Shown here piece after piece: positions 10,470 to 20,455 of a stretch of DNA of 64,000 nucleotides. How positions within the stretch are numbered: the stretch's first letter is position 1; every line of letters starts with the position of its first letter. Under the pieces are notes generated by a model, which did no database searches, was not told where the DNA came from, and saw only the letters and a list, made by a program, of their open reading frames with translations. This DNA comes from an uncultured delta proteobacterium (GTDB lineage Bacteria; Desulfobacterota; Desulfomonilia; Desulfomonilales; Desulfomonilaceae), in assembly GCA_963789265.1 (NCBI GenBank), contig CAWBKB010000001.1, positions 544,001 through 608,000 of the forward strand, given 5' to 3'. The position numbers were made by a program, and so were the translations under genes.

Positions 10470-10676
10470 TCAGTGAACGGCCTCGTGGTTCGGCTCAGTC
10501 TTCGGCATTGCATTCCGGTGCGGCGTGCCCGTAAAGTTCACGGACTTGATCTTGCCGTCGCAGGTCTTTACGTGAAGCAAGGCGCCGCAGACGTAGCACT
10601 TGACCAAGCCTTCGAAATCGTCATAGGCATCGTCAAGCATCATGTTATGGCCACAAGAAACGCAATTGATTTTCAT
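10470..10676 (-). CDS. Small zinc-ribbon protein (two CxxC)
   Basis: MKINCVSCGH...VKCYVCGALL. RBS GAGGG precedes ATG 10676, and the gene is co-oriented within the gvp operon. Confidence 0.7.
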   Translation of the reverse strand: MKINCVSCGHNMMLDDAYDDFEGLVKCYVCGALLHVKTCDGKIKSVNFTGTPHRNAMPKTEPNHEAVH

Positions 10677-10710
10677 AGCTTTTTCCCTCGAATTCCTTAG
10701 ATTGTCGGAT

Positions 10711-11038
10711 TTATTCCAAATTAGTCGGATCCGCTCCATTGTGGAGTCCCGGTAGCCGCTCTGTGGGGATCCCCTGAATGAGATTCATCTGATCCAAAAC
10801 TCTGCCTAGCGGCCTTTTATCGCCCGCAACATCCGGTAGTTCCGAATCGGGAGAGTTCTCTCGACCCACCAGAGAGCCAAAGCACGCGCTCATTGCTGAA
10901 CATTCGCCTGGCTTCCCCCATCTGCATGCGACCTCTATCCAGACTATGCATGGGAGTTCCGGTTGCGTGACGGCAGGATCGGAAACCTTTTATGTTTCGA
11001 TTCGTCCTTATCTGATTGGAGCCTTTTATTGGGAACAT
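10711..11038 (-). CDS. Hypothetical protein, possibly frameshifted or degraded
   Basis: RBS GGCAGGAG before ATG 11038. Two overlapping minus-strand ORFs fill the gap between the gvpV-like gene and the Zn-ribbon gene. Confidence 0.35.
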
Positions 11039-11093
11039 CGAATTTCTCCTGCCTTTTCCGGGACACACCCCGGGTCTGAGTCATTTGCACGGT

Positions 11094-11414
11094 TCAATAC
11101 TTGAGTTTAAAACCACTTTTCCCTGGAGATGCCTTGTCCTTGACATTCGTCGCCTTGGGCAGAGCATCTTGTTTCCGCTCCCCAAGCTTTCTCAGAAGCA
11201 CGTCTTTTTCTGCCTCTATCTCCTTGAGTCTGTTTTCTAAAATTGAAACCCTGCTGAGTGCGCTGAGTCTCTCCTTTTGCCTTCTGGCTTTCTCCATCTC
11301 CAGGCAACTGATGCTCATATATGCCTTGTAGGGAATTCCGACACGGTCGACTCGTCCGGAGTTGGTACGAATATCTCTCAACCCTCTCGAGTTTCCTGTG
11401 GTTCGGATAGTCAT
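11094..11414 (-). CDS. Coiled-coil gas vesicle accessory protein (GvpV-like by position)
   Basis: ATGA-coupled to gvpN. Basic N-terminus and coiled coil LEMEKARRQKER...LENRLKEIEAEK. Confidence 0.65.
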   Translation of the reverse strand: MTIRTTGNSRGLRDIRTNSGRVDRVGIPYKAYMSISCLEMEKARRQKERLSALSRVSILENRLKEIEAEKDVLLRKLGERKQDALPKATNVKDKASPGKSGFKLKY

Positions 11415-12427
11415 AGCTCACCCACCTTGTCTAGCGAACCTACCTGCGCATGTTTTCTGCTTCCTCTTCGCCTTGTACACACCTTTTGAACCACTTCGTC
11501 TACTTTCTGGGACATGAGGGATTGCCCGCCCCGAGTCACCTTTGCAGTGTCAGTATTCAAAATGTCCTTGCAGAGCGACCGGAAGACATTGTCATTTTGT
11601 TCGGCGTGCGCTTCTGCATGAGCAAGCACTCTCGCAATAGCTATGGCAGCCCGAATAGTCGGCCGGTGATTGTTAACTCCCAGCAGACGTAATTCTCGTA
11701 TGATATCTACAATGATTCCGGCTTCTCTTCTTGAAATCCCTGACTTTGACACGGTGATTTCAATTTCAGTCTCGCGATCGTAGTGGTCGACATTGATGGT
11801 AATTATACGATCCATGAGCGCATCCTGAGTCTTATGTACCCCGGCGTACTCTTCCGGATTCGAGGTGAAAATGGCCCTAAACGATGGATGTACCTCGAGA
11901 TAACCTTCGCCCGTTCTACGCAAACTCGGGAGGTTAAGAATCTTTTCTTCCAGGATGCTCAAGAGCACGTTATTAGCTTCGGGTCTGGAGCGGGTAAACT
12001 CGTCATAAATGAGGGTGTACCCATCGCGGCAGGCAGTGGTGAGACGGTTGTCTACCCACAAACTCCGCATTTCTTCCTCTGTTTTGACCACCGAATGAAT
12101 GAAGTTGTCGATAAGTTTTGATTTTTTGTAACCGGCATCCCTGCCAACGAGGTCGGAACTACCGAATTCGTCATCTCCATGCACCAGGATGACCGGTCTA
12201 CCCCGTTTCGCCGCGGCATGAAAAGCTAAAGTGGTCTTGCCCGTCCCTGCTGGGCCTGCGAAATGAACTGAGTACCCCACCCCCAGATAGGACATGGCAC
12301 GATCGGTCAGCACTTCCACGTGCGGGGTACACACGAACCGGTCACTCGGCTCGGGCACGATGCTGTCGTCATCTGTAGGAATGACTTCCCTGGCAATGGA
12401 TGCTATCTTCGAGTCTGCGCCACTCAT
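11411..12427 (-). CDS. gvpN: Gas vesicle AAA+ ATPase GvpN
   Basis: GPAGTGKTTLA, DNFIHSVVK, WVDNRLTTAC, YDEFTRSRPEANNVLLSILEE, TSNPEEYAGVHKTQDALMDR. Confidence 0.97.
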   Translation of the reverse strand: MSGADSKIASIAREVIPTDDDSIVPEPSDRFVCTPHVEVLTDRAMSYLGVGYSVHFAGPAGTGKTTLAFHAAAKRGRPVILVHGDDEFGSSDLVGRDAGYKKSKLIDNFIHSVVKTEEEMRSLWVDNRLTTACRDGYTLIYDEFTRSRPEANNVLLSILEEKILNLPSLRRTGEGYLEVHPSFRAIFTSNPEEYAGVHKTQDALMDRIITINVDHYDRETEIEITVSKSGISRREAGIIVDIIRELRLLGVNNHRPTIRAAIAIARVLAHAEAHAEQNDNVFRSLCKDILNTDTAKVTRGGQSLMSQKVDEVVQKVCTRRRGSRKHAQVGSLDKVGEL

Positions 12428-12535
12428 ATTTTTTCGCTCCCTTTTGTGATCGTGCCGCCGCCCGTCGGCAGGGCAGGCTCCAAAAATGTTTGCGGCGTTG
12501 ACCGGAACAGCATCTTTGCCAACGCCGATTTGCGT

Positions 12536-12886
12536 TTAATCTTTGGTAACGAACCCTCGCCCGCGGCACTTTAAACAGGCCATAGCTGGTGCCGAGGCAT
12601 CATCCCCCGAGCCCTTGCATTCCGGACACACTTTCGTCGGCTCCGGGGGAAGTGGAACAAAACCCGTCCCCATACAAACAGTGCAGGTCAAAGTTTTAAC
12701 CGCCCCGGTTCCGTTACAGTGGGCGCAACGGGTGTAGGGCGTGCGCAACCACACAACGCCCCTACCCCCGCAGACGCAGCACGTTGAAATCCACGACATG
12801 ATTCCGAAAGGGTCCGTCCCCGTGCCGCCACAGAAAGAGCAAGTTACCTTCGCCATTCCCGTTCGATTTGCCGTTAGCTCAGGCAT
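12536..12886 (-). CDS. Stand-alone DnaJ-type zinc-finger protein (six CxxCxGxG)
   Basis: CSFCGGTG, CCVCGGRG, CAHCNGTG, CTVCMGTG, CPECKGSG, CLKCRGRG; no J-domain (no HPD motif). Confidence 0.85.
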   Translation of the reverse strand: MPELTANRTGMAKVTCSFCGGTGTDPFGIMSWISTCCVCGGRGVVWLRTPYTRCAHCNGTGAVKTLTCTVCMGTGFVPLPPEPTKVCPECKGSGDDASAPAMACLKCRGRGFVTKD

Positions 12887-12919
12887 CTTCTTCCCTTGGA
12901 TTCACTGATGAATCCGGTG

Positions 12920-13665
12920 TTATCTTTTGTCCTTCTTTTTGCCCATGACTGAGGGGAGACTATGTTTTTCCTTCTCAGCCTCTTCCCTTGCCTTAAGTTC
13001 AGCTTCGGCTTTCGCTCTTTGCTGGGCGAGTTGTGCTTCTTTCGCCTGTCTTTCGTTCTGCACCTTGGCTCGTCGAGCAGCAGGAGAAAGCGTTGCCCAG
13101 GCTCTTCTAGCCCCAATCAAGTCAGCCGCAAATTCCTGCCTGATGGCACCTACCGAGGATTTCATGTTCGAGACAAACATCTCTCTATGAGCTTTTTCGT
13201 TCTTCGCGGATGTTGACCGACTCAGGCGGAACCCCGCCAGAAGACCGGAAACATCGTTTGCCATGGCCGCTACGAAATCTGCGTTTTCCTTTTTGTTCTC
13301 CTGGCCATCTCTTCGTGGGCTTTGTCAAATCCGGTTAAAGTCCGGCGCACATCGGTGGTCATACCGGCAACAAACTTGGCTCGATCTTGTCTAGTGTTAG
13401 CAGCCATATCCGCGTGCGCTTTTTGAAAGCCGGCCTGCAATCCGGAAACGTTGGAGACCAGGTTTGAGACAAACTTTTTTTGAAGTGCTCTCGTTTGTGC
13501 CGCCATCTTTGCATGAGATTTGCGGAATCCTGATCGCATAGACGCGACTTCCGCCTTCATTTCCCCGGTCTGCTTGGCCACGTCCGTCATGAAAGCTTGA
13601 CGAGCACCTTGCAAGGCCGTTATCTCTCCGCAAAGTCGGGCGATGTCTTGAGTCAGAGTACCCAT
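12920..13665 (-). CDS. gvpC: GvpC-like protein with four 33-aa repeats (frameshift near 13290)
   Basis: ATG 13665 follows AAAGGAGG, directly downstream of gvpA. Adding one base in the A-rich run joins ORFs 13270-13836 and 12920-13264 and restores an exact 33-aa period. Confidence 0.8.
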
Positions 13666-13816
13666 TACTCCTCCTTTGTTTGTTTTACACCCCATTGTCT
13701 CCAATGAGGCGCCAAGGGACCTCGCTAATCGGTAGTCGCTGTTGGAATTTCCCCGGGACAGGTTTAGAGGGGGCGTGGCCCCCCCGGACCTGTGGGAAAT
13801 CCCGGCGGCGCAACTA

Positions 13817-14035
13817 TCATGCCGGCGCAGCAGCACTTGCCGTGAGTCCGATCGCTTCGGCGTATTTCAGGTAAGTCTCCACTGACGCGATGACTACCCT
13901 GGCTTCGATGGAAAGCAGTTCGATCCCGACGAGAGACACTTTGGCCCAAGCATCGATCACGATACCTTTGTCCAAAATCCTGTCCACAACCTCAGCAAGA
14001 CTCGAAGAGTCCGTCGACTTGGCTATCTTGGCCAT
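13817..14035 (-). CDS. gvpA: Major gas vesicle structural protein GvpA (72 aa)
   Basis: [64 protein letters not shown]. Confidence 0.98.
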   Translation of the reverse strand: MAKIAKSTDSSSLAEVVDRILDKGIVIDAWAKVSLVGIELLSIEARVVIASVETYLKYAEAIGLTASAAAPA

Positions 14036-14110
14036 TTTAATCCTCCATTTTTGGAATTCTGAATTTGCCATCGCTGGCTTGTTTTGGTAGGCATGCCTGA
14101 TTGCGGTAGT

Positions 14111-14127
14111 TGCGAGATTCGTGCCAA
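14111..14127 (-). promoter_or_regulatory. Sigma-54 (-24/-12) promoter of gvpA
   Basis: Minus strand TTGGCACGAATCTCGCA has exact GG-N10-GC spacing, about 75 bp upstream of gvpA. A GAFTGA activator is encoded in the cluster. Confidence 0.75.
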
Positions 14128-14267
14128 GTTTGGCGCGTAGTTCCGTTGAAATCACGTCGGTTGTTATACATCATCAGAAGGCGCTGAAAACAGGAGAGAA
14201 TACCATTTCGCCTCCTCACGAAGAATACGATGGCGCTCCGCCTCCATGGTGTGAATCAATTGAACTG

Positions 14268-14500
14268 GTGGGACAGGCTTCCAGCCTGTCTATTGGAAAT
14301 GACTGGCAACCCCGCGTCCCGCGCGGGGCGTCGTCACCAAATCATTTTCTTTTTTGGTGACCACTTGTGATACCAATGCGCGGTCAAACGAGTGACAATC
14401 CTGGAGAGGATATGGTGGGGCAGGCTTCCTGCCTGCCATACGTCACCCCGGACTCCGATCCGGGGTCCAGTCTGGATGCCCGCGTACGCGGGCATGACGA
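14268..14500. repeat. Cluster of REP-like palindromes between gvrC and gvpA
   Basis: GTGGGACAGGCTTCCAGCCTGTC, GTGGGGCAGGCTTCCTGCCTGCC, CCCCGGACTCCGATCCGGGG, ATGCCCGCGTACGCGGGCAT. Confidence 0.6.
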
Positions 14501-14597
14501 CATGTAAGGGCGGGTTTGACAGGAGAGATCGGGGTGTGGTGCTATAGAATGATTTCCATATTTAGGGAATCGGCTCCTCATCAAACCTTCACTCCAC

Positions 14598-14978
14598 CTA
14601 TAATGAACGTGCAAATTCAATGGATCTAAATATGTCCGCGTGAAGGAAGGGTTTCGGGAGAAAATCGCAAATTAGTCCGTCTGCCAGCGCCTTCTGAACC
14701 GTCGGGTCGTCCCTATAACAAAAACCGGAAACCATAACTACGCGGATGGAAGGATCGGCGCTCTTGAGACGGCGCGCAAGTTCAAGCCCTTCCATGTCAT
14801 GTAATTTAAGGTCCACAAAGGCCACACGGAATTCATGGTTTTCCATCAGTTCGATGGCCTGGCGTCCACTCAAGGCTTTTTTCAGGCAATAGCCCCCTTG
14901 ACTCAAGAGATGTTCCAGGAGCCAACACATGTCCGGTTCATCATCGACTATCAGAAACAGTTCTTCCGCGTCATTCAT
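14598..14978 (-). CDS. Single-domain response regulator (GvrC-like)
   Basis: LIVDDEPD, FVDLKL, VMVSG, FLPKPF. ATGA-coupled to the upstream kinase. Confidence 0.85.
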   Translation of the reverse strand: MNDAEELFLIVDDEPDMCWLLEHLLSQGGYCLKKALSGRQAIELMENHEFRVAFVDLKLHDMEGLELARRLKSADPSIRVVMVSGFCYRDDPTVQKALADGLICDFLPKPFLHADIFRSIEFARSL

Positions 14979-16468
14979 AATGTCTCGCTCCTTACAATTG
15001 GCAACCTCACGGAAAAGGTGGAGCCTTTTCCCACAGCGCTATCCACTTGCAAAGATCCGCAATGCTGCTTCAGAATTGAGTAACATATTGAAAGACCAAG
15101 CCCCGTCCCTTTCCCGACCGGGGCGAGCGTATAAAACGGATCAAATATATTTTCAATGTCCTCCCTTGGGATGCCGCAACCAGTGTCCATTATATTTACC
15201 ATCAACTCTTCTTCAGAGCTTACAGCCGTGATTTTCAAAGTGCCGCCGTCAGGCATTGCATTCATCGCGTTGAGGAAAAGGTTTAGAAATACTTGCTGGA
15301 GCAGGCTTTGGTTCCCTCGAACTATCGCCTGTTGGATACCTATATCCGCGCATACTCTTATTTTTTGTATTTTTGCCTGGTTATCTACAAGTTTGAGAGT
15401 GTCCTGCAGGATGCTGACTATGTCTACCAGGGTCATGTCGGTAGCCGCCGACGGCCGTGCGAATCTGAGCAGGTTTTCGATGATCACAGAGGCTTTTTGT
15501 ATGTTGGCAAGAATCCGCTCGACACATTCTCTGTGAAATTCCGATTTGAACTGACATTCGCTCAAGAACTGCGCAGCGGAGTAACAAATTGCGAGAGGAT
15601 TCCGCACTTCATGGGCAATTCCACCGGCCATAACGCCTAGAGCAGCCAGCTTTTGGGACTGTCGGAGTTGCCGCTCCAATTTTCTGTGTTCGCTCAGGTC
15701 TCTCCCCACTGCTACCATGCCAACCAAGCGTCCGGTTTCATCCTTCATTGGAGACAAGACCCAACTTATGGGGATCCGGCGGCCTCCACCGGTAACCATA
15801 TCCCATTCACCGGTCTGGGAATTTGTTCCAGATCTGAATCTCTTGAATATATCTTTTAGTTCTTGACGATGCTCATCCGCGCATGAGTCGAAGAAGAGAG
15901 TTTCTTGGACTTCCTCGAGTGTGTAGCCTGACAGGCGTTCCGCAGCGGTGTTCCACGTCAGGATTCGCCCAAGCGAGTCGGTTGAGAGAACGAGGTCGGT
16001 GGCGCTTTCGACCACACTTGCTAGATGGCGTTCCCCTCTCCGTACTTCTTCGCTTAAACGAACCTGCTCGGTGACATCTTCCATTAACAGGATAGCGTTT
16101 TCCACGTGACCCCTCCAGGAGAACGGGAGAATGCTATAGTAATAAATCGTCATGGGGATGCCGGGAGCCCTGTATACCAACCGTTCTCCTCGGGTTGCTC
16201 TCCCGTTATCGAACGCTTGTCGGACACGGCTGGAGATGTCCATGTACTCTATAATGGCCGCGGGCAATAGGTCCCCCAGTTTGCGGCCAATGGTCTCGTC
16301 CTTATTCTTTCGGCTTCGTTGGAGAAAATTTCGATTTGCAGAGACAATACGCATGTCTCGATCGATCAAGAGCACCGAAGAGTGGATCGTCTCCAAAAGC
16401 ATCTGGTAAAGCTTTTCGTGACGATCCTTTGAACATTCCTCTGAAGCGTCAAGGACTTTAGTGGTCAT
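14975..16468 (-). CDS. PAS-PAS sensor histidine kinase (GvrB-like)
   Basis: Two PAS domains; H-box AHEVRNPL; N, G1, F and G2 boxes. Start set at ATG 16468 because the longer ORF runs into the MITE. Confidence 0.9.
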   Translation of the reverse strand: MTTKVLDASEECSKDRHEKLYQMLLETIHSSVLLIDRDMRIVSANRNFLQRSRKNKDETIGRKLGDLLPAAIIEYMDISSRVRQAFDNGRATRGERLVYRAPGIPMTIYYYSILPFSWRGHVENAILLMEDVTEQVRLSEEVRRGERHLASVVESATDLVLSTDSLGRILTWNTAAERLSGYTLEEVQETLFFDSCADEHRQELKDIFKRFRSGTNSQTGEWDMVTGGGRRIPISWVLSPMKDETGRLVGMVAVGRDLSEHRKLERQLRQSQKLAALGVMAGGIAHEVRNPLAICYSAAQFLSECQFKSEFHRECVERILANIQKASVIIENLLRFARPSAATDMTLVDIVSILQDTLKLVDNQAKIQKIRVCADIGIQQAIVRGNQSLLQQVFLNLFLNAMNAMPDGGTLKITAVSSEEELMVNIMDTGCGIPREDIENIFDPFYTLAPVGKGTGLGLSICYSILKQHCGSLQVDSAVGKGSTFSVRLPIVRSETL

Positions 16469-16503
16469 GGCATCACTCCCACGAAATTGTAGGCAGACTT
16501 TTA

Positions 16504-16708
16504 GAAAGTGTCTCAAACCTATTTTGATGCCCAGAGTCGTGACACGTTTGCAACCCGGCGCTAAAGCACCGGTCTACTTTCAGTCGCCCCAATGGGGCTC
16601 AAATGCAAGCGTCCCGGAGGGACCGGTGATAGTAGCCCGGTAATTCATTGCCGGGAAAAGGGCATCGTACTACGAATTTCGCTCATGCCTCGATTTTGAG
16701 ACATTTTC
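16504..16708. mobile_element. 205-bp MITE with IS1182-type ends
   Basis: TIRs GAAAGTGTCTCAAA / TTTGAGACATTTTC with TTTA on both sides (16500-16503 and 16709-16712). Near-identical ends and the same duplication as the IS at 53561-55236. Confidence 0.85.
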
Positions 16709-16764
16709 TTTAGTCCGCTACGCACCAGGTTAGGTATGTACAGATTTCTATCTTCGGTCTGAGA

Positions 16765-17505
16765 TCAGTAATCTTCAGGCAGGACGAAGTTGTATGGAGG
16801 CCAAGGACCACTAAGCAATAGTCTTGAGGTTTCTCGTGACTTCAACCCGGCAAAAACTTCCCGAAATGCTTCCACCGACTGTCTCGGGACTAAGAAATAA
16901 AGTGACAAGAAGACGGTCTTGGAGTCCTTTTCAAAAGGGGCTGCTTTGGTTGATTCAGCCTTGAAGCCCACAAACAGACCCTCAAATGGGGAACGATAGC
17001 GACCGATCATTTCTTGATTATGTTCACTAGAGAGTGTTTCCGCGTCAAGATAAGCCTTCCGGCCGGCCAAGTACGCCGCCCCTTCTCCTCGACCCTCCGG
17101 TTGAGAAGAAGCAAAAGCTTCATTTGCGGCCTTCGGCTCAAGGCTCATGTTATCAAAGATTGCTCTAATTCCAATTTCCACGCAACCGGCCAATTTTGTA
17201 AGCAGAATTTTGTAGCGTTCACTCTGTGTTTGCAAGAAGCGCTTGATCTCCGCCTCTTCGCGGACAACCATCCCGAAGCGGAGCGGAATTACTCCGAACT
17301 GATTATGAAATGATTCGATTACCTTGTGGTAAGCAAGAATTGTGGCAACGTCTTTGGACATTTCTCCGTTAGGAATTGTCGAAACCACGGCTCCGAGAGC
17401 ATTCCCCTCAACTACGTATGGGAAACTCCCGCCGATACCGGCTGGCGCCGGATTTGCGCGCGAGGCGTTTTCCTTGGAAAATATGCAATACACTAGGTAC
17501 TTCAT
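16765..17505 (-). CDS. gvpF: GvpF/GvpL-family protein (GvpF3-like)
   Basis: MKYLVYCIF...YHKVI...VIPLRFG...YFLV...SGPWPPYNFV. ATG 17505 overlaps the TGA of the upstream gene. Confidence 0.85.
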   Translation of the reverse strand: MKYLVYCIFSKENASRANPAPAGIGGSFPYVVEGNALGAVVSTIPNGEMSKDVATILAYHKVIESFHNQFGVIPLRFGMVVREEAEIKRFLQTQSERYKILLTKLAGCVEIGIRAIFDNMSLEPKAANEAFASSQPEGRGEGAAYLAGRKAYLDAETLSSEHNQEMIGRYRSPFEGLFVGFKAESTKAAPFEKDSKTVFLSLYFLVPRQSVEAFREVFAGLKSRETSRLLLSGPWPPYNFVLPEDY

Positions 17506-18315
17506 TTCTCCGAGTCCGCAAGTAGAGGGGGGGTGAAGCTGTAAGGGGGCCAGGGACCGGAACACTCGAAGAAGAGACCCCTGATATTGCAGCGAGCATT
17601 GGTTTGCTCTACCCGGTTGAGAAAATCCGGCACGAAAGAAACGATCCACGAGAAAAGCCCAATTGAGTACCGTCTGCTTGTCGCCTTCCCCCGAGCCCAG
17701 GCCGACAATTTTGCGTTGCCGGCAACCAGTCGAACAGGAGATTAGTTCATCCGACACGGCCTTGCACGCTTCTCTCACCCAGCCGGCAAGTTCTTTTTCT
17801 GCTTCCGCGTGTATCTGGCGCTCCTTGAAATACCGCATCCCCGGGTTCAAAGAAGAAAGGGTATCGGAGACCTCGCAAATCTTGTCAGCGACCATTGCCT
17901 TCAATGCCTCGGCCTTGGAGAGGCATGCCTTGACAGCCCATTCCTCGCCGTTAGCAACGCTGTCCAAAAACCCTCTAATTGTTGCAAGGTTGCTATTTAC
18001 AACGCGTTCAAGGGCTTCCATCGAGGAAAAAAGACTTCCGAACCTGGCGGGGAGCACCGGCGAGTGTGACATCACTTCTTCGATGACTTGCTCGTGGCGA
18101 ACCGCTCGGGGCCCCACCCATGCCAAGTCTTGCAGCTTCGCTTCTGCGGAAGAACCGGAAAACTCGTGCGCCGGCACTTCGCAGACTACGGCCGTAACAT
18201 TGGAGATGTCTTTGGCTTCCAGCATTTCGGTGCCGTTTATCCCCGTTCCCTCGATCGGAGGGACGAGTCCGCCACGGGCTAAGCAAAAAAGATAGAGGGC
18301 GCTTGTCATACTCAT
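17502..18315 (-). CDS. gvpF: GvpF/GvpL-family protein (GvpF2-like; frameshift near 17640)
   Basis: LYLFCL...HEQVI...VLPARFG...LNWAFLV. Removing one T continues into SGPWPPYSF and stops at 17502. Confidence 0.85.
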
Positions 18316-20438
18316 TCCCCACCCAGTTCGGCCAAAGCCTCTTGAATGTCAGATTGTCTGATCAAAAGGGTTATCTCTCTATCCGGATCATGCTTGAGAC
18401 TGTTTACTGCGCGCCTGACAGCCGACAAGGCCGCTCGGTTGCACGCAGCCGCAATTTCAGCTCCACTAAATCCTTCGGTGCGTGTTGCAAGCTCTGCCGG
18501 GTCAATGCCGCTTTCGAGAGGTTTGTTTCGGAGATGGACTCGGAAGATTTCCTCGCGATCCTTCTCGTTGGGCATCGTCATCTCGATTACTTCGTCGAAC
18601 CTGCCGGGTCTTAAGACCGCCGGGTCCAGCATGTCCAAGCGATTAGTAGCCCCCAGCACCAGCACGCCTGCAAGCTCTTCTACCCCGTCGAATTCCGCCA
18701 GGAACTGACTCAGCACTCTTTCCGCGACATGTGAATCGCTTGATACACCGCTTCTAACGGGCACCAGAGCGTCGATTTCATCGAAAAAAATGATGCACGG
18801 AGAAGCTTGCCTTGCCTTACGGAACACCTCTCGCACTGCCTGCTCGGACTCACCTACATACATTGAGAGGAGAGCGGGACCTTTCACGGATATGAAATTG
18901 ACCTTGCTTTCGTTGGCGATTGCCTTGGCTAGAAGAGTTTTGCCGCAACCAGGGGGACCTCCCAGCAAGATCCCCTTGGGCGCCTTTGTGCCCGCCTGTT
19001 CGAAAATGTGCGGGTACTGCAACGGCCATTCCACAGCTTCCGTAAGCCTGGTCTTCAAGTCAGCGTGCCCGCCGACGTCCTCCCAGCGAACATCCGGAAT
19101 CTCGACAAATACCTCTCTTATCGCAGACGGTTCGACTTCGGACAGAGCACTGACGAAATCGTTCATGTGAACTTCAAGCTTCGCAAGCTCCTCATAAGGA
19201 ATGCTGGCTGCCGCAAAATCAATGTCCGGCATGATGCGACGCAGACACAGCATGGCCGCTTCACGGCACAAGGCTTCCAAGTCAGCCCCCACAAAACCGT
19301 GCGTTATTTCCGCTAAGTGATTCATGTCTACGTCGGCCGCTAGTGGCATGCCTCGGCTGTGGATCTCCAAAATCTCCAGGCGACCGTACCGATCCGGTAT
19401 GGGAATGGCGATCTCCCTGTCGAACCTTCCCGGTCGCCGTAGGGCCGGGTCGAGAGCATTAGGAATATTTGTGGCGGCAATCACGATCACGTTCTGACGT
19501 CTGGTCAAGCCGTCCATCAGCGCCAGTAGTTGTGCTACAACCCTCTTCTCGACATCTCCGACCACCTTCTCTCTTCTCGGGGCTATGGCGTCAATCTCGT
19601 CGAGGAAGACAATGCTCGGCCCTTTTTGAGTTGCATCTGCAAAAATCTTTCTCAAATGAGCTTCGCTCTCCCCATAGAACTTGTGCACAACTTCAGGCCC
19701 GCTGACTGAAAAGAAGTTCGCCTCCGTTTCATTTGCAATGGAGCGGGCAATAAGCGTTTTGCCACATCCTGGAGGCCCATGAAGCAGAACCCCTTTTGGA
19801 GCATCAATACCAAGGCGCTCGAAAACTTCCGGATAGCGCAGAGGCAGCTCGATCATCTCTCGTATGCGGTGCAACTGATGTTTAAGGCCACCGATGTCTT
19901 CGTACGAAAGCGCCCCGGGTTTACCGCCATTTTCGGTACTTCCAATGACGAGCTGCGTGGTGGGAACAATTAGCACTGAATCCTTGGGTATGGTGCTCGC
20001 AACCTTGAAATCGGCAGACCGACTGCCAAAGAGCGTGGCTCGTATCAAGTCGCCTCCCACGACAGGCAAGCCGTCCAGTAGACCGCCGATGTACTTAAGG
20101 TCACGTTCTGACGGCGTGACGTTGGTGGGGGCCAGGACCACACGTTCAGCCGGGCGGCAGGAGATCTTCCGAACGACGACATTTTCGTCCAAGCCTGCTT
20201 TGGCATTCTGTCTGGACAATCCATCCAGTTGTATCCTGGATTGTCCCCTCAACTCCCTGTAAGCGGGCATGGCTTTGCAGACGGTCGTGCGTTTTCCCAC
20301 GATCTCTACGATGTCACCTATCGAAGCACTCAACTTTTCCAGGTCTTCCGGGCCCATGCGAGCGTAGGCTCGGCCCACGTCCTTGCCAAGCGCCTCGGTC
20401 ACCTTCAGTTTTATTGCGGATAGATCTTTCTTTGGCAT
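18312..20438 (-). CDS. CDC48/VCP-family double AAA+ ATPase (GvpZ-like)
   Basis: CDC48 N-domain ([15 protein letters not shown]), two GPPGCGKTL Walker A motifs, DEIDA Walker [12 protein letters not shown]. Confidence 0.93.
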   Translation of the reverse strand: MPKKDLSAIKLKVTEALGKDVGRAYARMGPEDLEKLSASIGDIVEIVGKRTTVCKAMPAYRELRGQSRIQLDGLSRQNAKAGLDENVVVRKISCRPAERVVLAPTNVTPSERDLKYIGGLLDGLPVVGGDLIRATLFGSRSADFKVASTIPKDSVLIVPTTQLVIGSTENGGKPGALSYEDIGGLKHQLHRIREMIELPLRYPEVFERLGIDAPKGVLLHGPPGCGKTLIARSIANETEANFFSVSGPEVVHKFYGESEAHLRKIFADATQKGPSIVFLDEIDAIAPRREKVVGDVEKRVVAQLLALMDGLTRRQNVIVIAATNIPNALDPALRRPGRFDREIAIPIPDRYGRLEILEIHSRGMPLAADVDMNHLAEITHGFVGADLEALCREAAMLCLRRIMPDIDFAAASIPYEELAKLEVHMNDFVSALSEVEPSAIREVFVEIPDVRWEDVGGHADLKTRLTEAVEWPLQYPHIFEQAGTKAPKGILLGGPPGCGKTLLAKAIANESKVNFISVKGPALLSMYVGESEQAVREVFRKARQASPCIIFFDEIDALVPVRSGVSSDSHVAERVLSQFLAEFDGVEELAGVLVLGATNRLDMLDPAVLRPGRFDEVIEMTMPNEKDREEIFRVHLRNKPLESGIDPAELATRTEGFSGAEIAAACNRAALSAVRRAVNSLKHDPDREITLLIRQSDIQEALAELGGE

Positions 20439-20455
20439 TTGTATTTCACCGGCAT

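Noticed and set aside
10470..10676. LysW amino-group carrier protein
   Set aside because: Lacks the C-terminal EDWGE and has no lys/arg genes nearby.
16765..18315. Apparent 516-aa tandem GvpF-GvpF fusion
   Set aside because: One extra T near 17640 explains it. The true C-terminus (GPWPPYSF) lies in another frame and ends in an ATGA overlap with the second gene.
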